A DNA stretch of 64,000 nucleotides from an uncultured Verrucomicrobiae bacterium (GCA_963702845.1 OY969763.1:5184001-5248000), one strand, 5' to 3'. Counted from the first letter of the stretch, positions 22,201 through 32,321 are shown. Notes: generated by a model not told the origin, from the letters alone. Numbers and translations: made by a program.

Positions 22201-23416
22201 CGGCGGCGCACCACCGTTCGCGACGAACGTGGTCTCCATCGCCTCCAGCCGTTACGCCGGAAGTGTTCTGAAGCGCGATCAAACGATCATCGATTACAGC
22301 CACTCCTACGGGCCGCCATCAACGAATAATTTTTTGGCCATCGCATCCACTGCAACCGCAACGGAACTCGGCGTTGGCGTCGACGGCAGCGTTCATGTCT
22401 GGGGCGGTTTTGACGACACGACAACAAACATTCCCGGGGGCCTGCCGAAGTTACGAGTTATAGACGGTGGTTATGGCGAATTTCTTGCGCTCTGCACGTT
22501 GCAGGATTTCCAACCGCTTTTTCTGCACACAGCGTTGAACACGAGCAACCTCGTCGTATCTTCGCACAATTCGCCGCAGTGGTACGCGCAAAGCAATGTC
22601 TGCCACGACGGATTCAGTGGAGCGCGTAGTGCTAAACTCGGCCAAAACACCGCGTCGTCGATGCGCACGCTGATGACGAATGGTCCCACAACAGTGAGTT
22701 TCTGGTGGAAGGTTTCGTCGGAAACGAATCATGATTTCCTCACGTTCTCGATTGGTGGTATCCCGCAAAGTTCTATTTCTGGTGAGGTCGATTGGCAGCA
22801 CGTTGTGTTTACGGTTCCGGCGGGTCCGCAGATGCTGGTCTGGACGTATTCGAAAGATGCGAGCGGCACAGCTGGTCTGGACGCCGGGTTCGTTGACGAA
22901 TTCGCCATCGGCCCGCAGCCGCCAACCATTTTTGTGCAGCCACAAAGCCAAACCTTGCTCAGCGGCAGCACGGCAATTTTCAGTGTCGGCGTCAATGGCC
23001 AATTGCCATTCACCTATCGATGGTATCGGAATAACGACCCGATCGGGCCGAATACCAACGTCCTGACGTTCTTAAACGTCCACCGCTCTTTCTCGGGGAC
23101 ATTCAAAGTGGTCGTCAACAATTCGCTTGGCACCGTGACCAGCAGCGACGCCGTCCTGACCGTGCGCACACCGCAGCAAATCGCAACTCCGTTGCTACAG
23201 CCGGATGGAAGTTTTCTCGTTACGTCTGGAGACGCGGATGGTTTTTACATCGGCAACCAGACCAGCGCCGCTGCTTTCCAGGCACAGTATAGTTCGAACT
23301 TGGTCGATTGGTTGCCGCTCAACGCTGCGCTGTCCATCAGCAACGGATTGCTGCAATTCAACGACACTGACGCGACGAACGATCCGATGCGGTATTATCG
23401 CGTGATCGAACCGTAG
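19214..23416 (+). CDS. Large secreted protein with Ig (I-set) domains and RCC1/BLIP-II-like repeats
   Basis: Signal peptide; P.IT.QP.S...YQW...D.G.Y.V Ig repeats; ALR.DGTV..WG repeats; C-terminal SSNL.DW...F.DTDATN...YYR domain. Confidence 0.88.
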   Translation: MNPIRPLGGLIALLVMLCCIPETRGQNAPSITTQPQSATAVVGGATNLFVVATGNAPLRYQWYAGTTALVDDAHLTGSTNAALSLTNITTADAASYSVVVSNASGVVTSLVATVTVVSLPVINIVNNPAVAIGGNVNLGASIFSTASLTNQWFFNGVPVVTNERFVINEYPFVSGGGINSVLTILNAQVSDAGTYWLVASNLAGGTTSSCTLVVGYPPEITQHPQPQTVTNGYTVVFNVAATGSDPLSYKWNYNSSPLSDDARHFGTTTASLTISNTLSSDSGSYSVDVANAIATSYSSNVLLTVLVPPAVTKQPLSRSVPQGLPTTFSSTGTGSAPLSFQWRLNDVAISGATASDLKLTSVGLTNLGTYTLVLSNSAGTVTSSPAALTFGPVAPWGDNTYNQGLPPAGLTNVIAIGAAGNSDYALLADGSLLHWGISTNITPNVSNLVAMSIAYTETGIGLRSDGVAVGINRTLSGAPWTNIVAVAAAPSYVYALRYDGTVLGTDSLVPANLDNVTAISASGTQVMALRNDGTVVTWAVTAGAPITPPSPLANITAIASGYNFCLAVKSDGHIVAWGNNLSTNIPASATNVVAVSASQASGSSPLAAALRADGTIVTWGSTGIVVPTNAIAPSKISNAVAVAVGTGNGVALVNNGLPLLVQPPVGGTAYSGRNFTLRGLAIGAAPLSYQWFHDGAIVTNATNSALVLPNVSTSDAGGYQLVVTNALGSTTSIAATVRVNDSTPFVLQGPVSQTFYVGATGSLGRPINGSGPMTVQWRYHPIASIGIYTNIPGATNEYLVFNPVNVGNGGSYSVIASNAFGVYTSPLLSLTVRQVVAWGISTYGNTNVPTSLTNATAVCGGNYYNSFALRDDGSVLAWGLSTSGGVVQSGFSNIVEVICASSGGGTPVLGLRMDGTVASSGLNGAESNIVAKLSGIVAVESDGGGRTFLKPDGTILRLYSGGTTNFLSISNVVSLSQWDDGFQALRADGTVFNSGSGGAPPFATNVVSIASSRYAGSVLKRDQTIIDYSHSYGPPSTNNFLAIASTATATELGVGVDGSVHVWGGFDDTTTNIPGGLPKLRVIDGGYGEFLALCTLQDFQPLFLHTALNTSNLVVSSHNSPQWYAQSNVCHDGFSGARSAKLGQNTASSMRTLMTNGPTTVSFWWKVSSETNHDFLTFSIGGIPQSSISGEVDWQHVVFTVPAGPQMLVWTYSKDASGTAGLDAGFVDEFAIGPQPPTIFVQPQSQTLLSGSTAIFSVGVNGQLPFTYRWYRNNDPIGPNTNVLTFLNVHRSFSGTFKVVVNNSLGTVTSSDAVLTVRTPQQIATPLLQPDGSFLVTSGDADGFYIGNQTSAAAFQAQYSSNLVDWLPLNAALSISNGLLQFNDTDATNDPMRYYRVIEP

Positions 23417-23431
23417 TAGCGGCGGTTTGTG

Positions 23432-23490
23432 CGGCAGGACGAACGTGTGCTGTCAAATACTCACTTGTTGCGGATGCGTATTTATGATAA
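23432..23490 (+). promoter_or_regulatory. Upstream element of Ig/RCC1 gene 2 (paralog of 19098-19156)
   Basis: cggcaggacgaaCGtgtgctgtcaaat...cacttgtt...atgataa. Confidence 0.7.
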
Positions 23491-23556
23491 CCCGTCCGTC
23501 AACACGGAACAATTCACCCCGACATCCGTTGTTCCGTTAGGGAAACGAAAACTCTA

Positions 23557-26500
23557 ATGCGCTCTCTATTTATAGCCGGCGTCCTCACCGCGCTCTCGTT
23601 GATCGCGGCCAACACCGCATTCGGCCAGGCCGCTCCGGGAATAACAACTCAACCGGCCAGCCAAACCGCGCTCCAAGGTTCAAACGTGGTGTTCAGCGTG
23701 GTCGCGAGCGGCCAGGCAACGCTGATCTATCAATGGTCCAAGGGCGGCGCGAACCTGTCCGACAGCGGCCACATCGTCGGGTCAACCACCTCCGCGCTCA
23801 CAATTCTCAGCGCTTTGGCCGGAGATGCTGCGTCCTATCGTGTTGTCGTGACGAATCGCCATGGCTCTGCAACGAGTTCTGACGCCACCCTCGCCGTACT
23901 CGTGCCGCCCACAGTGACGCAACAACCATCGAGCATCACCATTGGCATCGGCAGTAATGCGACTTTCAACGTCGAATGGGGAGGCACCCAACCCATTACC
24001 AATACTTGGTTCTTCAACGGTTTGCCTCTCACAGCAGGGGCGCGAATCGTAATTTCCAATCAGGTTTCAGCCTCAGGCTCGCTCATCGGTTCGCTATCGA
24101 TTACTTCAATTCAAACCGTAGACGCAGGCACTTACTCGGCGGTTGCGTCAAATGTCGCAGGGTCGGCGACCAGCTCCGCGGCAACACTTACGACGATCGC
24201 GTTCCCGCCAGCGATCACCGCGCAGCCGCAAAGCCAGACGGTCGTCGACGGAACTCCGGTTTCGTTCTCCGTCGGTGTCTCCGGAACATTACCGATTTCG
24301 TATCAGTGGTATCGCGACTTCACGCAGTTGGGTGATGACAAATTCATCAGCGGCGCGACCACGCCTACACTCTCCCTGTCCACGCCGTCCATCGGGAGCT
24401 ACTATTTGGTTGCAAGCAATGCCTTCGGCAGCACCAACAGTCTGGCAGCCATTCTTACAGTGCTCTTCGCGCCTAGTATTACTATGCCCTACAATGAAAT
24501 CGTCGGTGTCGGTACAAACGCCATTCTCAGAACAACCGTGAGCGGCACGCACCCGCTCACGAACGTTTGGTTCTTCAACGGTTCGCCGGTCGTGTCAGGG
24601 GGAAGATATCTGACGGTCGAGAATATTTCCGATGTGGTCGATGCATATCTGGTGATTTCGAACGCGCAAACGGCCGATTTGGGCTCATATTGGGTGGTGT
24701 CTTCCAACGTTGTCGGCTCGGCGACGAGTTCTGCGTGGTCGCTAAATCTTGGATACCCGCCCGCTATGATCGACCAGCCACAAAGCCAGACGATAACGAC
24801 CAACGGCTGGACGACGTTATCCGTGAACGCCAGCGGAACGGACCCGATCACTTACCAATGGTACGAAGGAACAGCCCGGCTATCGGACACGTCGCAGTTC
24901 ATCGGCACACAAACCGCAGCGTTGACCATCACCAACGCCAACGTGTCGAACATATCCAGTTATTCAGTTGTTTTAACGAATGCATTTGGACAAACCACCA
25001 GCGCGGTCGCCACAGTGACCGTGGTATCGGTTCCCGAGGTTCTTACAGCGAACAGCCTGACGGCGGTTGTCGGAAGCAGCCCAAAGTTGGGAGGCTACAT
25101 CACGAGTCTTACTGCGGTCACAAACCAATGGTTCTTCAATGGCGCACCGATTGTGACCAACGATCATTTCGTCACTGCCGAACGAATGGTCGGTTCACAA
25201 CTGGAGTCGTTGTTGACTATTTCGAACGCGCAGGTTTCTGACTCGGGTAATTACTGGTTGGTTTCCTCCAATTTAGCAGGCGGCACGGTCAGTTCGAACA
25301 TCACGTTGGTGGTGGGGTATCCGCCGGAAATTACGCAGCAACCGCTGACGCAAGCCGTGACTAATGGATTTCCGTTCACGTTGACGGTTGGGGCGACGGG
25401 GTCGGACCCTCTCGGTTACCAGTGGTATTGGGGTATCGCATCAATTGGTGAAGGTGGTCACTACGTCGGGATGCAAACGGCGTCGTTGACTGTCACCAAT
25501 CCGTTGAGCAGCGATGCCGGCAGTTATTCGGTCGTGGTGACCAATGCCTTCGGCAGCGTGACCAGCAGCAACTCGGTAGTGACGGTGTTGATCCGGCCCT
25601 CGGTAGCGATACTCGGGCGGTCTGTGCCGCTTGGTTGGCCGACGGTGTTTGCGGGCAGTGCCAGCGGTACGACTCCGCTGTCATATCAATGGCAGCTCAA
25701 TGGAGCGGATATTTCCGGTGCGACGAATTTGAGTTACAGCATCGCGAGCATCACGGCGAATGATCTCGGCACGTATAACCTGGTGGTAAGCAATGTGGCT
25801 GGAGTAACGGTCAGTTCGAATGCGTTGCTGACGGTTGGGCCGGTGGTTGGGTTTGGAGATAATTCTTACAACCAATGTCTGCCGCCGGCGGGGCTGAGCA
25901 ACGTTGTTTCGGTGGCCGGGGGCTGGGGCAGTTTTGCAGTGACTGTGGATGGCGCGGTTGTGAAATGGGGAAATACTCCAGGCACGCCATCAATACCGGC
26001 GGATTACACGAACATTGTCGGGCTCGCCGTTGCCCCGAACTACGCGGTTAATACCGGCGATGCGGGAATTGCATTGCGCGCAGACGGAACAGTTGCGGGA
26101 TTTGGAAAGTCTATTCCAACCACATGGAGCAACATCGTGGCGGTCGCATGTAATTCCAGCTACCGATACGGGTTGCGGTCGGATGGGATTGTCTTGGGCA
26201 CCGAACAACTGATGCCAACGGGTTTGAATAACATTGTGGCTATTTCTGCTGCAGATACTCAGGTGATGGCTTTGCGCAATGACGGCACGGTTGTTGTTTG
26301 GTCACTTAGCACATCCAGCGCAACCAATGTGCCGCCTGGGTTGTCGAACGTGGTGGCGATCTCCAGCGGATACAGCATCTGTTTGGCGGCAAAGGCCGAC
26401 GGCACGGCCGTCGCTTGGGGCAGAACCGGGTCGACGAATTTGCCTAATGGACTGAGCAACGTGGTAGCTGTCGCGGCCAGCCAATTTTCGGGCGTCACAA

Positions 26501-28878
26501 GCCGGACCACCTATTGCACCGCCCTCCGCACCAATGGAAATGTTGGGTTCTGGGGTGGCAGTTTTTTCTCGACGAATTTGGTTTCATCGGCCAGCAACGC
26601 GGTTGCGATTGCGGCTGGTTATTTCAATGGGCTGGCTCTTATTAACGATGGCTCGCCGCAGCTGGTTCGTCTGCCAGTGGGCGGCACCGCTTACAGCGGG
26701 CGCGATCTTGTGCTGAAAGCGCAAGCGGTCGGTGCGCCTGTAATTACTTACCAATGGTTGCACGACGGGAACGTGGTGACGGATGCGACCAATGCGACGT
26801 TGACGTTGACGAACATTCAACTGACCGACGCGGGACATTATCAGGTGGTGGTGACTAATGCCCTGGGGTCAGTAACGAGTGTGACTGCGCCGGTGAAGGT
26901 GATTAATAGCGCGCCGTGGTTTGTCCAACAGCCAACCAATCGCACGGTGGTTCTCGCTAGCAGTGTTAATTTAGGCGGCATGCCGGTGAATGGTTCGGGC
27001 CCGCTGAGTTACACGTGGCGTTTTTCGAACATCAAAGGAAGTCTTACGAATATTGTGACCACCAGCACCGATTTAGTGCTGAACCCGGTTCAGGTCTCGG
27101 ATATGGGCACTTACTGGCTGGTCGTGAGTAACGGCTTCGGGGTCGCGACGAGCCAGACGATCAATTTGACGGTGAGGCAGGTCGCGGCATGGGGTGACAA
27201 CACTTATAGCAAAACCAATGTTCCGACCACATTGACGAATGCCATCGCGATTTGCGGCGGGAATAATTACAACTGCGTGGCTCTTCGGGACAATGGCACG
27301 CCGCAGCAATGGGGTTATTCCGGCACGAGTTCACCCGCCAATATCACAAACCTGTGCGAGGTCGCAGTGGCCAACGGCACTTCGGGGTTTTATGGATTGC
27401 GGACGGATGGCAAGCCGGTCGGTTGGGGAAATCTTCCGCTCGCGGTCGTGAACGCGATTTCGAATATTGTTTCAATCGAAGCGGATGACGGCGGTTCAAC
27501 TTATTTGCGAACGAACGGCACTTTCCTTCGCCTCGATAATGGCGGCAACGTCATTAGTCTTTCCGCCGCGATCAACACGAATGTCGTCGCGATTTCTCGA
27601 CTGAACGGCGACATCGGTTTCATGGCATTGCGCGCGGATGGCACCTTTTACACCAGCGGCGCGAGCTTGCCAACCGGCCCGACTAATGTCGTTTCGGTGG
27701 CGGGCTCTTTTCTTGACGGCGTTGCGCTCAAGCGCGATGGCACTGTGCAGTCCTGGGGTTTTACCAACGCACCGTTGTCCAATATCGTTGCAGTCACCGC
27801 AACCGCATCCCAAATGCAATTCGCAGTTCGCGCCGATGGCACCATTACCAATTGGGGCCGAACAGGAATCCAGGCCTCCAACGTCCCCCCGTTGATCGTC
27901 AGGCCGTGGTCTCTCGACGGCGGCTACGATAACGTCGTCGCGTTGTTCACGACGAATGCTTTTCCGCCGGTCCCGCTTTATACCGCGCTGGACACGAGTG
28001 CGCTGGTGGTGAGCTCGCGCAGCAGTCCGCAATGGTTTGGGCAAACGAATTTCACGCACGACGGCCTGCACGCCGCTCGTAGCGCCGCGCTCGGCAACAA
28101 CACCGCTTCATCGATGCGCATGCTCGCGACGAACGGCGCAATCAAAGTTAGTTTCTGGTGGAAGGTTTCGTCGGCGACGAATCACGGGATGTTGACGTTC
28201 GCGATCGGCGGCGTGCCGCAGGCCTCCATCTCCGGCGAAGTCGATTGGCAACAAGTGACGTTCACGGTTCCCGCCAGCCCGCAGATGCTTGTTTGGACCT
28301 ACTCAAAAGATTCTGCAGCGGGCGCGGGCCAAGATGCCGGGTTTGTTGACCAACTGACTTTCACTCCGATCCCAGCGGCGATCACGCTTCAGCCCGTTAG
28401 CCAAACGGTCGTTGGCGGAACGACCGCGTTGTTTACTGCCAGCGCGACCGGCACACCGCCGCTGAGCTATCGATGGTATAACCTCACGAACGGCACACCT
28501 ATCGGAACAGCGCCCGGTTTATTTCGCTTTGTGCCGGCATCGCGTTCCTCGTCCGGAACTTATTATCTGATCGTCACAAATGCGTTCGGCAGTGATCGCA
28601 GCACGAACTTCACTTTGACGGTGCATGTGCCGCAGAGAATTGGGCTGCCGTTGCTGCAATCGGACGGGACGTTTCTGCTGACGTCTCAGGACGTTGATCA
28701 GACGTTGTTCCCGAGCGGCACTGATGCATCCGGGTTCCAGGCGCAATTTAGTTCGAACCTGATCGATTGGTTGCCGGTGAATGCGACGTTGTCGATCAGC
28801 AATGGCGTAATGCAATTGAACGACACCGACGCGACGAACGCGATGCAGCGATTTTACCGAATTATCGAGGGCTGGTGA
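23557..28878 (+). CDS. Large secreted Ig/RCC1-repeat protein, tandem paralog of 19214..23416 with extra N-terminal Ig domains
   Basis: Shared blocks such as VGGTAYSGR, SPQW..Q....HDG...ARSA.LG.NTASSMR and VSFWWKVSS, plus the same C-terminal domain. Confidence 0.88.
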   Translation: MRSLFIAGVLTALSLIAANTAFGQAAPGITTQPASQTALQGSNVVFSVVASGQATLIYQWSKGGANLSDSGHIVGSTTSALTILSALAGDAASYRVVVTNRHGSATSSDATLAVLVPPTVTQQPSSITIGIGSNATFNVEWGGTQPITNTWFFNGLPLTAGARIVISNQVSASGSLIGSLSITSIQTVDAGTYSAVASNVAGSATSSAATLTTIAFPPAITAQPQSQTVVDGTPVSFSVGVSGTLPISYQWYRDFTQLGDDKFISGATTPTLSLSTPSIGSYYLVASNAFGSTNSLAAILTVLFAPSITMPYNEIVGVGTNAILRTTVSGTHPLTNVWFFNGSPVVSGGRYLTVENISDVVDAYLVISNAQTADLGSYWVVSSNVVGSATSSAWSLNLGYPPAMIDQPQSQTITTNGWTTLSVNASGTDPITYQWYEGTARLSDTSQFIGTQTAALTITNANVSNISSYSVVLTNAFGQTTSAVATVTVVSVPEVLTANSLTAVVGSSPKLGGYITSLTAVTNQWFFNGAPIVTNDHFVTAERMVGSQLESLLTISNAQVSDSGNYWLVSSNLAGGTVSSNITLVVGYPPEITQQPLTQAVTNGFPFTLTVGATGSDPLGYQWYWGIASIGEGGHYVGMQTASLTVTNPLSSDAGSYSVVVTNAFGSVTSSNSVVTVLIRPSVAILGRSVPLGWPTVFAGSASGTTPLSYQWQLNGADISGATNLSYSIASITANDLGTYNLVVSNVAGVTVSSNALLTVGPVVGFGDNSYNQCLPPAGLSNVVSVAGGWGSFAVTVDGAVVKWGNTPGTPSIPADYTNIVGLAVAPNYAVNTGDAGIALRADGTVAGFGKSIPTTWSNIVAVACNSSYRYGLRSDGIVLGTEQLMPTGLNNIVAISAADTQVMALRNDGTVVVWSLSTSSATNVPPGLSNVVAISSGYSICLAAKADGTAVAWGRTGSTNLPNGLSNVVAVAASQFSGVTSRTTYCTALRTNGNVGFWGGSFFSTNLVSSASNAVAIAAGYFNGLALINDGSPQLVRLPVGGTAYSGRDLVLKAQAVGAPVITYQWLHDGNVVTDATNATLTLTNIQLTDAGHYQVVVTNALGSVTSVTAPVKVINSAPWFVQQPTNRTVVLASSVNLGGMPVNGSGPLSYTWRFSNIKGSLTNIVTTSTDLVLNPVQVSDMGTYWLVVSNGFGVATSQTINLTVRQVAAWGDNTYSKTNVPTTLTNAIAICGGNNYNCVALRDNGTPQQWGYSGTSSPANITNLCEVAVANGTSGFYGLRTDGKPVGWGNLPLAVVNAISNIVSIEADDGGSTYLRTNGTFLRLDNGGNVISLSAAINTNVVAISRLNGDIGFMALRADGTFYTSGASLPTGPTNVVSVAGSFLDGVALKRDGTVQSWGFTNAPLSNIVAVTATASQMQFAVRADGTITNWGRTGIQASNVPPLIVRPWSLDGGYDNVVALFTTNAFPPVPLYTALDTSALVVSSRSSPQWFGQTNFTHDGLHAARSAALGNNTASSMRMLATNGAIKVSFWWKVSSATNHGMLTFAIGGVPQASISGEVDWQQVTFTVPASPQMLVWTYSKDSAAGAGQDAGFVDQLTFTPIPAAITLQPVSQTVVGGTTALFTASATGTPPLSYRWYNLTNGTPIGTAPGLFRFVPASRSSSGTYYLIVTNAFGSDRSTNFTLTVHVPQRIGLPLLQSDGTFLLTSQDVDQTLFPSGTDASGFQAQFSSNLIDWLPVNATLSISNGVMQLNDTDATNAMQRFYRIIEGW

Positions 28879-30630
28879 TTATTCCTGACTTTCGGCGACG
28901 CTGACTTCAGCGCGCAAGAGATCGTGGAGCGTGATGACTCCGATCAACCGGTGGCGTTCGTCCACGATCAGGACCAGCATTGTCGTCGAATTGATCAGCA
29001 GATTTTGCAGATCGCGGACAGTGCGATCGCGCAGACAAACGACGGCGCGTTCGAGTTTGGGCGGACGTTGTGCGGCCAAGGCGGCCATCGCTTCGGTTCG
29101 GGTCAAAATGCCGACTGGCTCTCCGTTTTGCACGACGGGAAACCGTGAATAGGGATGCGTCTCCAAAATGCTGCGGCAATTGGCGAGCTCACTATTTTCG
29201 ATCACGACCGGTTTGAAATTCGCAATGGCCGGGACCGGCAATTGTTGCCAGGCCTGCAAATCGCGGGGCGGAATGACGTGTTCCAGGTTGTGGCCGTCTT
29301 GCAGGAGCAAGGCTTCATAAAAATTGTGACGCGCCATTGCGTAGGCGACCGCTTCGCTCACAAGCGCTCCCAACATCAACGCGGGCACGACGGAAAATTC
29401 GTGGGTCATTTCGAACACGATCAAAATACCAGTTACCTGCGCGCGGACGACACCGCCTAAACAAGCGCTCATGCCGACGACCGCGAGCAGTGTGGCGTCG
29501 CTTGGCTGCAGGGGCATGAACATCGAGCAGACGCCCGAGACCAACACGCCGCACATGCAGCCGAAGAACAGCATCGGCGAAAAAATTCCACCGCAACCGC
29601 CGAAGCCATAACAGACGATCGTCGCGATTAATTTTGCCACGAGCAGGAGCGCGGCGATTTTCCAGGTGAGTTGGTTGGCTAATCCTGACGAAAGGTCGTC
29701 GTAACCGAGACTGAACACGCCAAGATGTCCGGTGCCGAGGAAAACCGCGCAACCGATACCCCATGTGATCACGCCACCGATGACCGGCCCGAGCCACGCC
29801 GGGATTTTCCGTTGGCGTTTCCAACTGCTGCGCAGCCGGAGGGATGACTTTTGGAAAAGCATGCCGGCGAAGCTTCCGAGCGCGGCCACCACCGGCACCA
29901 ACACATATGCCTCCCAATTCACCGCGCCGATTTCCTGGAGTGTGAACGCGGGTTGGCGTCCGATGATTCCGTGCACCACGAATGCGCCAATGACCGACGC
30001 CAACAGGACGCTGCCGAGCGCGCGGCTGTTCAAGTCTTCGATGATTTCTTCGAGCACGAACGTGATCGCGGCGAGCGGCGTATTGAACGCGGCTGCTAAA
30101 CCAGCCGCAGCACCAGCTGCCGCCGCGTGACGTCGTCGCTGTTTTGGTTCACCGAATATTCCGGCGAGATTCGAAGCGAGACCGCCGGCGTAATGGACGC
30201 TTGGACCTTCACGACCGAGGCTGCTGCCGCCGCCAATGCTTAAAATGCCACCGAGAAATTTCACCCAAACCGTCTTAAACGGAATGAATCCAAATTCTTT
30301 CCAGTAGGCGAGCTTGAGTTGTGGGATGCCGCTGCCGGCCGCGTCGGGCGCGAATTTGGTCAACAGGAAACCGACCACGGCAGATGTGCCGACGATGATC
30401 GCAAATGTTGTCTCAAGAAACGTTGCGGTGGATTGATGGGCGAGCTGTTTGAAAGTGCTGTTGTAGAGCAGTGTGATGAGTAGTTGGAAACCAACTGTTG
30501 CCCCTCCCGCGATAACGCCATAAGCGCACGTGACAATTACGGTGCGAGCTTGTTTCGGTAGTTTGCCTAAAAACCCCGAGAAAGTTTTTGCGATCACGAC
30601 CGAGCGATTGTCGGGGAAACGTGAAATCAT
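28879..30630 (-). CDS. ClC family chloride channel / Cl-:H+ antiporter with CBS domains
   Basis: GSGIP, GREGP, FNTPLAAITFVLEE and GGIFSPM signature motifs. Confidence 0.92.
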   Translation of the reverse strand: MISRFPDNRSVVIAKTFSGFLGKLPKQARTVIVTCAYGVIAGGATVGFQLLITLLYNSTFKQLAHQSTATFLETTFAIIVGTSAVVGFLLTKFAPDAAGSGIPQLKLAYWKEFGFIPFKTVWVKFLGGILSIGGGSSLGREGPSVHYAGGLASNLAGIFGEPKQRRRHAAAAGAAAGLAAAFNTPLAAITFVLEEIIEDLNSRALGSVLLASVIGAFVVHGIIGRQPAFTLQEIGAVNWEAYVLVPVVAALGSFAGMLFQKSSLRLRSSWKRQRKIPAWLGPVIGGVITWGIGCAVFLGTGHLGVFSLGYDDLSSGLANQLTWKIAALLLVAKLIATIVCYGFGGCGGIFSPMLFFGCMCGVLVSGVCSMFMPLQPSDATLLAVVGMSACLGGVVRAQVTGILIVFEMTHEFSVVPALMLGALVSEAVAYAMARHNFYEALLLQDGHNLEHVIPPRDLQAWQQLPVPAIANFKPVVIENSELANCRSILETHPYSRFPVVQNGEPVGILTRTEAMAALAAQRPPKLERAVVCLRDRTVRDLQNLLINSTTMLVLIVDERHRLIGVITLHDLLRAEVSVAESQE

Positions 30631-30762
30631 TCAAGTGATTCCGTCGCGCGGGCTTGCCGGAGTGCTCCGGAAGGCATTCCATTTGTTCGGCGTTAACAAC
30701 TCGTGCTTGAAATCGTCGGCCAACACCCTCAACATCGCCTCACCCTAAACAACGGGAGTTTT

Positions 30763-31143
30763 ATGCGAAAAATTTTTCTTACTTTGTTAGCAGTTGCACC
30801 GCTTGTTATCGCCGGATGCAGCTCGATCACCAATCTCACCCCGAGCAAGTTGCCGCGTAATGCCACCGGCTTTTACCAGGTGGAAGCCGCCTGGAACAGC
30901 CGCCAACGCACCATTCGCGACGAATCGATGAAGCCGCTCGTCCTGATCGGCAACGAGGTCTATGAAATGCGCCGTGTGCCGCGCGTGGAGAATCGTTGGG
31001 AAACCATGATTCCAATTGCTCCGGACAAAGATGCGGTTCGTTACCAGTTTAAGTTCGACTACATGGTCAACTCGATTCCGCGCGCGTTGCCAGACAGCAA
31101 AATGTCGCCGGAATACAAACTGCAAATCATGGACAAGAAGTAA
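30763..31143 (+). CDS. Hypothetical lipoprotein
   Basis: Lipobox-like IAGC after a hydrophobic signal. Confidence 0.7.
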   Translation: MRKIFLTLLAVAPLVIAGCSSITNLTPSKLPRNATGFYQVEAAWNSRQRTIRDESMKPLVLIGNEVYEMRRVPRVENRWETMIPIAPDKDAVRYQFKFDYMVNSIPRALPDSKMSPEYKLQIMDKK

Positions 31144-31608
31144 TCAGCTAGCGCTGCTGATTTCTTCGATCGCCTTTTCACAATACCAACGCACGGCGTC
31201 CGGTATCTTCGGCACGAGCCTGTCCATGTCGGATTTACTGCACCAACGGATGTCGTGATGTTCCTCGGTCGCGAGGGTGACCTGGCCAGCTTTCGGGCGT
31301 GCCCAATATATCATTCCGATATGCTCGTGCGTTTCGCTAATGCGGTGGATGTCCAAAAATCGTGGCGCGATCAAGGCGCGTGTCCCCGGGCCGGTCGTCG
31401 GCGGACGTTCTCCGAGCAGTTCAACGTCCAAGCCGCTTTCTTCTTTGGCTTCGCGATAGGCGGCGATCTCCGGATCTTCGTCGAGTTCAATGTGCCCGCC
31501 CAAGGGCAGCCACTTGTTCAATTTGCGATGGTGAATCAGCAGAATTTTCGCCTCGTGCACAACAAAGATGGCGACGGTAAAATCAATTTTCTCGTGGATG
31601 TGAGCCAT
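31144..31608 (-). CDS. NUDIX hydrolase
   Basis: WLPLGGHIELDEDPEIAAYREAKEESGL. Confidence 0.85.
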   Translation of the reverse strand: MAHIHEKIDFTVAIFVVHEAKILLIHHRKLNKWLPLGGHIELDEDPEIAAYREAKEESGLDVELLGERPPTTGPGTRALIAPRFLDIHRISETHEHIGMIYWARPKAGQVTLATEEHHDIRWCSKSDMDRLVPKIPDAVRWYCEKAIEEISSAS

Positions 31609-32087
31609 TACGCAAAGTGTGAACCTACTGGCGCGCGTGAGCAAGTGCTCGTGAATCTCACCCTAGTCGGAGATGGGAACTTCTTCGCCGGTGAGCAAGA
31701 CGCGCCAGCGGTAGGGGGAAATGAAGTCAATTGCACCGCATCCAGTTCTTCGACTCCGTTGATGTGCGCTTTGCAAATGCGATGCCAGCCGTCGAGAACT
31801 TCGCCGTCGGGCGCGATGATAATCGGGTAGCTCAAATCGCACTCGAAGATGTCGCGGGCGTGATCGGCAATCGCCCGGCAGGTGGGCAACAGGTTGCGCG
31901 GCCCACCGAACCAGTGAACGTCATCGAAGCCAGCGAGCTCGCTGACGCGCACTTTTTTCACCGGCAAATCCTTTGCCAGCTCCCACAGTTGTTGCATGCG
32001 GAAAAACCGCATTGAACCGTCAGCAGCCGGCGGTTCGCAAGACCGACGGGCCGCTGCGCGTTCCTGGTGTGACTTTGGTGTTTTCAT
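31608..32087 (-). CDS. Stand-alone ParB/Srx-like domain protein (true 3' end may be 31663 if a G-run frameshift is corrected)
   Basis: DLSYPIIIAPDGEVLDGWHRICKA motif; the alternate frame after the C5 run reads PYRWRVLLTGEEVPISD*. Confidence 0.6.
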   Translation of the reverse strand: MKTPKSHQERAAARRSCEPPAADGSMRFFRMQQLWELAKDLPVKKVRVSELAGFDDVHWFGGPRNLLPTCRAIADHARDIFECDLSYPIIIAPDGEVLDGWHRICKAHINGVEELDAVQLTSFPPTAGASCSPAKKFPSPTRVRFTSTCSRAPVGSHFA

Positions 32088-32174
32088 GGGAAACGATTCG
32101 CGCGTAACGATTGTGAACGGAGCCGCGCGGGTGAGCAAGCCGCAGTCTTTGGGAGTGCGGACGTCGCACTGCGG

Positions 32175-32311
32175 AAGAAAAGAAAACAAAGTAGAGAGGC
32201 CGAAGATGGGATAAGGCGCAGTTCGACGAAAGACCTTGGATTTTATTTCCCCGGCTCCACCTCCAGCGCAGCCGTTCCAAGGATCTTATCCCATTTCAGC
32301 CTCTCTACGTG
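32175..32311 (-). ncRNA. Candidate sigma54-dependent structured small RNA
   Basis: About 24-bp terminal stem (32191-32215 with 32285-32308), inner stems CCUUGGA/UCCAAGG and CGGCU/AGCCG, U-rich tail, sigma54 site immediately upstream. Confidence 0.55.
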
Positions 32312-32321
32312 CTTATTGTTT

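Noticed and set aside
19214..28878. Diversity-generating retroelement acting on the paralogous surface proteins
   Set aside because: No RT gene and no TR/VR pair with adenine-specific differences seen; divergence is spread along the whole genes.
32191..32308. Retron msr-msd, SRP RNA, 6S RNA or lysine riboswitch
   Set aside because: No reverse transcriptase nearby, no SRP GGAA-loop domain IV motif, shorter than a typical 6S, and no riboswitch core beyond the initial GUAGAG.
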